In this document: positions 62,146 through 64,000 of the stretch, in pieces | Numbering within the stretch: position 1 is the stretch's first letter | Layout: every line of letters starts with the position of its first letter | Origin: Amphiscolops sp. MND2022 | Taxonomy: Eukaryota | Assembly: GCA_964187785.1 (NCBI GenBank) | Contig: OZ076420.1 | Location: 25,482,001-25,546,000 of the forward strand | DNA: 64,000 nucleotides | Direction: 5' to 3' | Notes under the pieces: model-generated | The model's database searches: none | What the model saw: only the letters and a program-made list of their open reading frames with translations | What the model was told of the DNA's origin: nothing | Position numbers and translations under genes: made by a program

Positions 62146-63290
62146 CAGATTCCACTTCTCAAAAGTATTGAAACTTCAGGTAGAACAGTGACCACGTCTA
62201 AAACACTCCAACTGCAAGGTAGACGGGACGAAAGTGATGATGACAAAAGTGACAAAGTGAAAGTGACAAAAAAGTGATGATTCGCAGAAACTAGAATCGA
62301 AATGCTCACAAAAGCCTTTTATAACTTTTTTTAGTATTTCGGGTTCTGTTTCTAAAACATTCGACACTTTGATGCCCAGCGAGACAAAAAGCAAAGTTTT
62401 CAAACAATTCTAAGGAATCGGTTGGGGATAGTATGGTCAAAATGGGCCTCGACTCTTTTGCTCAATATTGCAATCAGTAAAATGAATAAAGAAAGTTGTC
62501 GATAGCAACAAAACATGTTAGAATTTTTCAAAAAACCTCGTATGAAATTTTCTCTGAAAGTTACCAAAAACAACTCTAAAAGTTCCATTCAAAACGCAGA
62601 AAATAAAAGGCAAAGATCAAAAAGTTCTCGGATTCAAAAGCCAGAGATTTGCAAAATCAGTTTCCACATCTCAAACGTCAGCTAGAGCTGTGCCCATGTC
62701 TGAAGCAGTCCAACTGCAAGGACGACGAGACCAGAAAACTACCACTGTTGGAGATTCTGAAACAACAGGCTCGAAATCAATCGATACTATGATACCAAGC
62801 GAAACAAGAAGCAAGGTTTTCAAACGATTCAAAGGCATAGTTTGAGGATAGGATGTCAAACTAGTCCTTGTCTCGTTTGTTCATTATTGCAATCAGTAAA
62901 ATGAAAAAAGATTTCGATAACCACAAAAACATGTTCGAATGTTTCGAAAATCCTCGTCTGAAATATTCTCTGAAAGTTGCTAAAAAGAGCTTCAAAAATT
63001 CCGTGCAAAACGCAGAAAACATAACACAAAAATCAAACAGTTCTCGGATTCATAAGTCATAGGCCAGAGAATTGAAAAACCAGTATCCAATTCTCAAACC
63101 ACTTAAACGTCATCTAGAACTGTGACCACGTCTGAAGCAAGGACGACCGCAAGAAACTGCAAGAAATTTACTGCGATTGGATAGTCTGAAACAAAAGAAC
63201 TTTTAAAACATCCCGTTTTCACCGTCTGAACAATCAAAAAATTGATGATTCTCATGGAATATGAATCGAAATGCTCACAAAAGCCGATTA
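62146..63290 (+). repeat. Diverged tandem repeats, unit starts 62146, 62658, 63081 (periods 512 and 423 bp)
   Basis: Recurrent cag..tcca..tctcaaa, caactgcaagg, attgcaatcagtaaaatg, caaaacgcagaaaa, gttctcggattca. Confidence 0.8.
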
Positions 63291-64000
63291 TACCATATTT
63301 AGTATGTCATAGTTTGTTACGATTTACATGGTTGAAAAAAGTTTGAAAAACTTTGGAATTTTCAATCAATCTGCTGATTGAAATATTGCGCTCTCAAAGT
63401 AGTTCATTGAACAAACAGTAACAAACTTCAATTTGAAACTGTTTTCAAGTTTCCAAATTCGAAAAGTAATGAAGCACAAGCTGCAAGCAAAACAAAATTT
63501 ATCTACCGAAAAAAATCAAGTTGTACGAATTTGTTTGCCACACTGGCATTGCTGGAATATTTGTTTATGTCATATTTAGGCGTCTGTGCTTACAAAATTT
63601 GAGACTTTGCACCCAAAAACTTGCACAATTTCGCGAGTGATTGTACTTTAATTTCCTTGACGTTGCTTTGAAAACCAGCCAAGTTGTAGAAAAATCTTGA
63701 TAAATACCTAGAAAACTAGTGACGCAGCATGAGAAAATTGAGCATAAGAACTCCTCTAAGCACCTCCCAGAAACCTTATAAAATTGTCTTACAGACTCAA
63801 GCTCTCATTTTTCATAGCATTCATCATATGATCATACTGTCAATAAACGCTATCAAATACATACCTCTTGCCTTGAGTGAAAACCCAAATCCTAATACCT
63901 TGATCTCTATTTTTGAGTTCCTTCAATCTATTTAATTCGGACTCTTTTTTGAGTCCTCCCCATGTAGCCTGAGAGCTACTCCGAACCACTGCCTAAAAAA

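Noticed and set aside
63720-63995. Protein-like minus-strand stretch after a TTTTAG acceptor (WGGLKKESELNRLKELK...)
   Set aside because: Three stops in 90 codons, at the window edge, with no recognisable domain.
1-64000. CRISPR array, rRNA, intact tRNA or prokaryotic operon
   Set aside because: No regularly spaced short repeats with unique spacers, no rRNA-like segments and no dense gene packing; spliceosomal introns and LTR elements indicate a eukaryote.

Overview
AT-rich eukaryotic (metazoan-looking) DNA made almost entirely of decayed transposable elements and local duplications. The GT-AG introns, Ty3/Gypsy pol genes and LINE remnant support this, and I see no prokaryotic operons, rRNA or CRISPR. 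From memory the element families resemble those of acoel worms, but this is unverified. Layout: (1) ~1-11.6 kb, a decayed plus-strand Gypsy element A with gag-PR-RT-RH-IN, an env-like class III fusion glycoprotein remnant and an extra 3' ORF. (2) 10.4-29.2 kb, nested tandem duplications (~1.6 kb and ~8.2-8.4 kb units) carrying solo LTRs, a LINE 3' fragment, a tRNA-like fragment and a 231-codon PLOD-like glycosyltransferase ORF. (3) 30.1-38.4 kb, a 5'-truncated minus-strand Gypsy element B whose region between integrase and the 3' LTR holds an antisense four-exon gene with hAT-transposase-like architecture. (4) 38.4-43.6 kb, a third partial copy of the duplicated flank, a small insertion and a MITE. 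(5) 43.6-61.9 kb, two adjacent, collinear, full-length LTR elements C and D (TGTAAC...GTTACA-type LTRs) with no pol but a shared long ORF of unknown function. (6) 62.1-63.3 kb, diverged coding-like tandem repeats. All protein calls come from manual translation and motif recognition; no database searches were run and identity values are estimates by eye unless counted.
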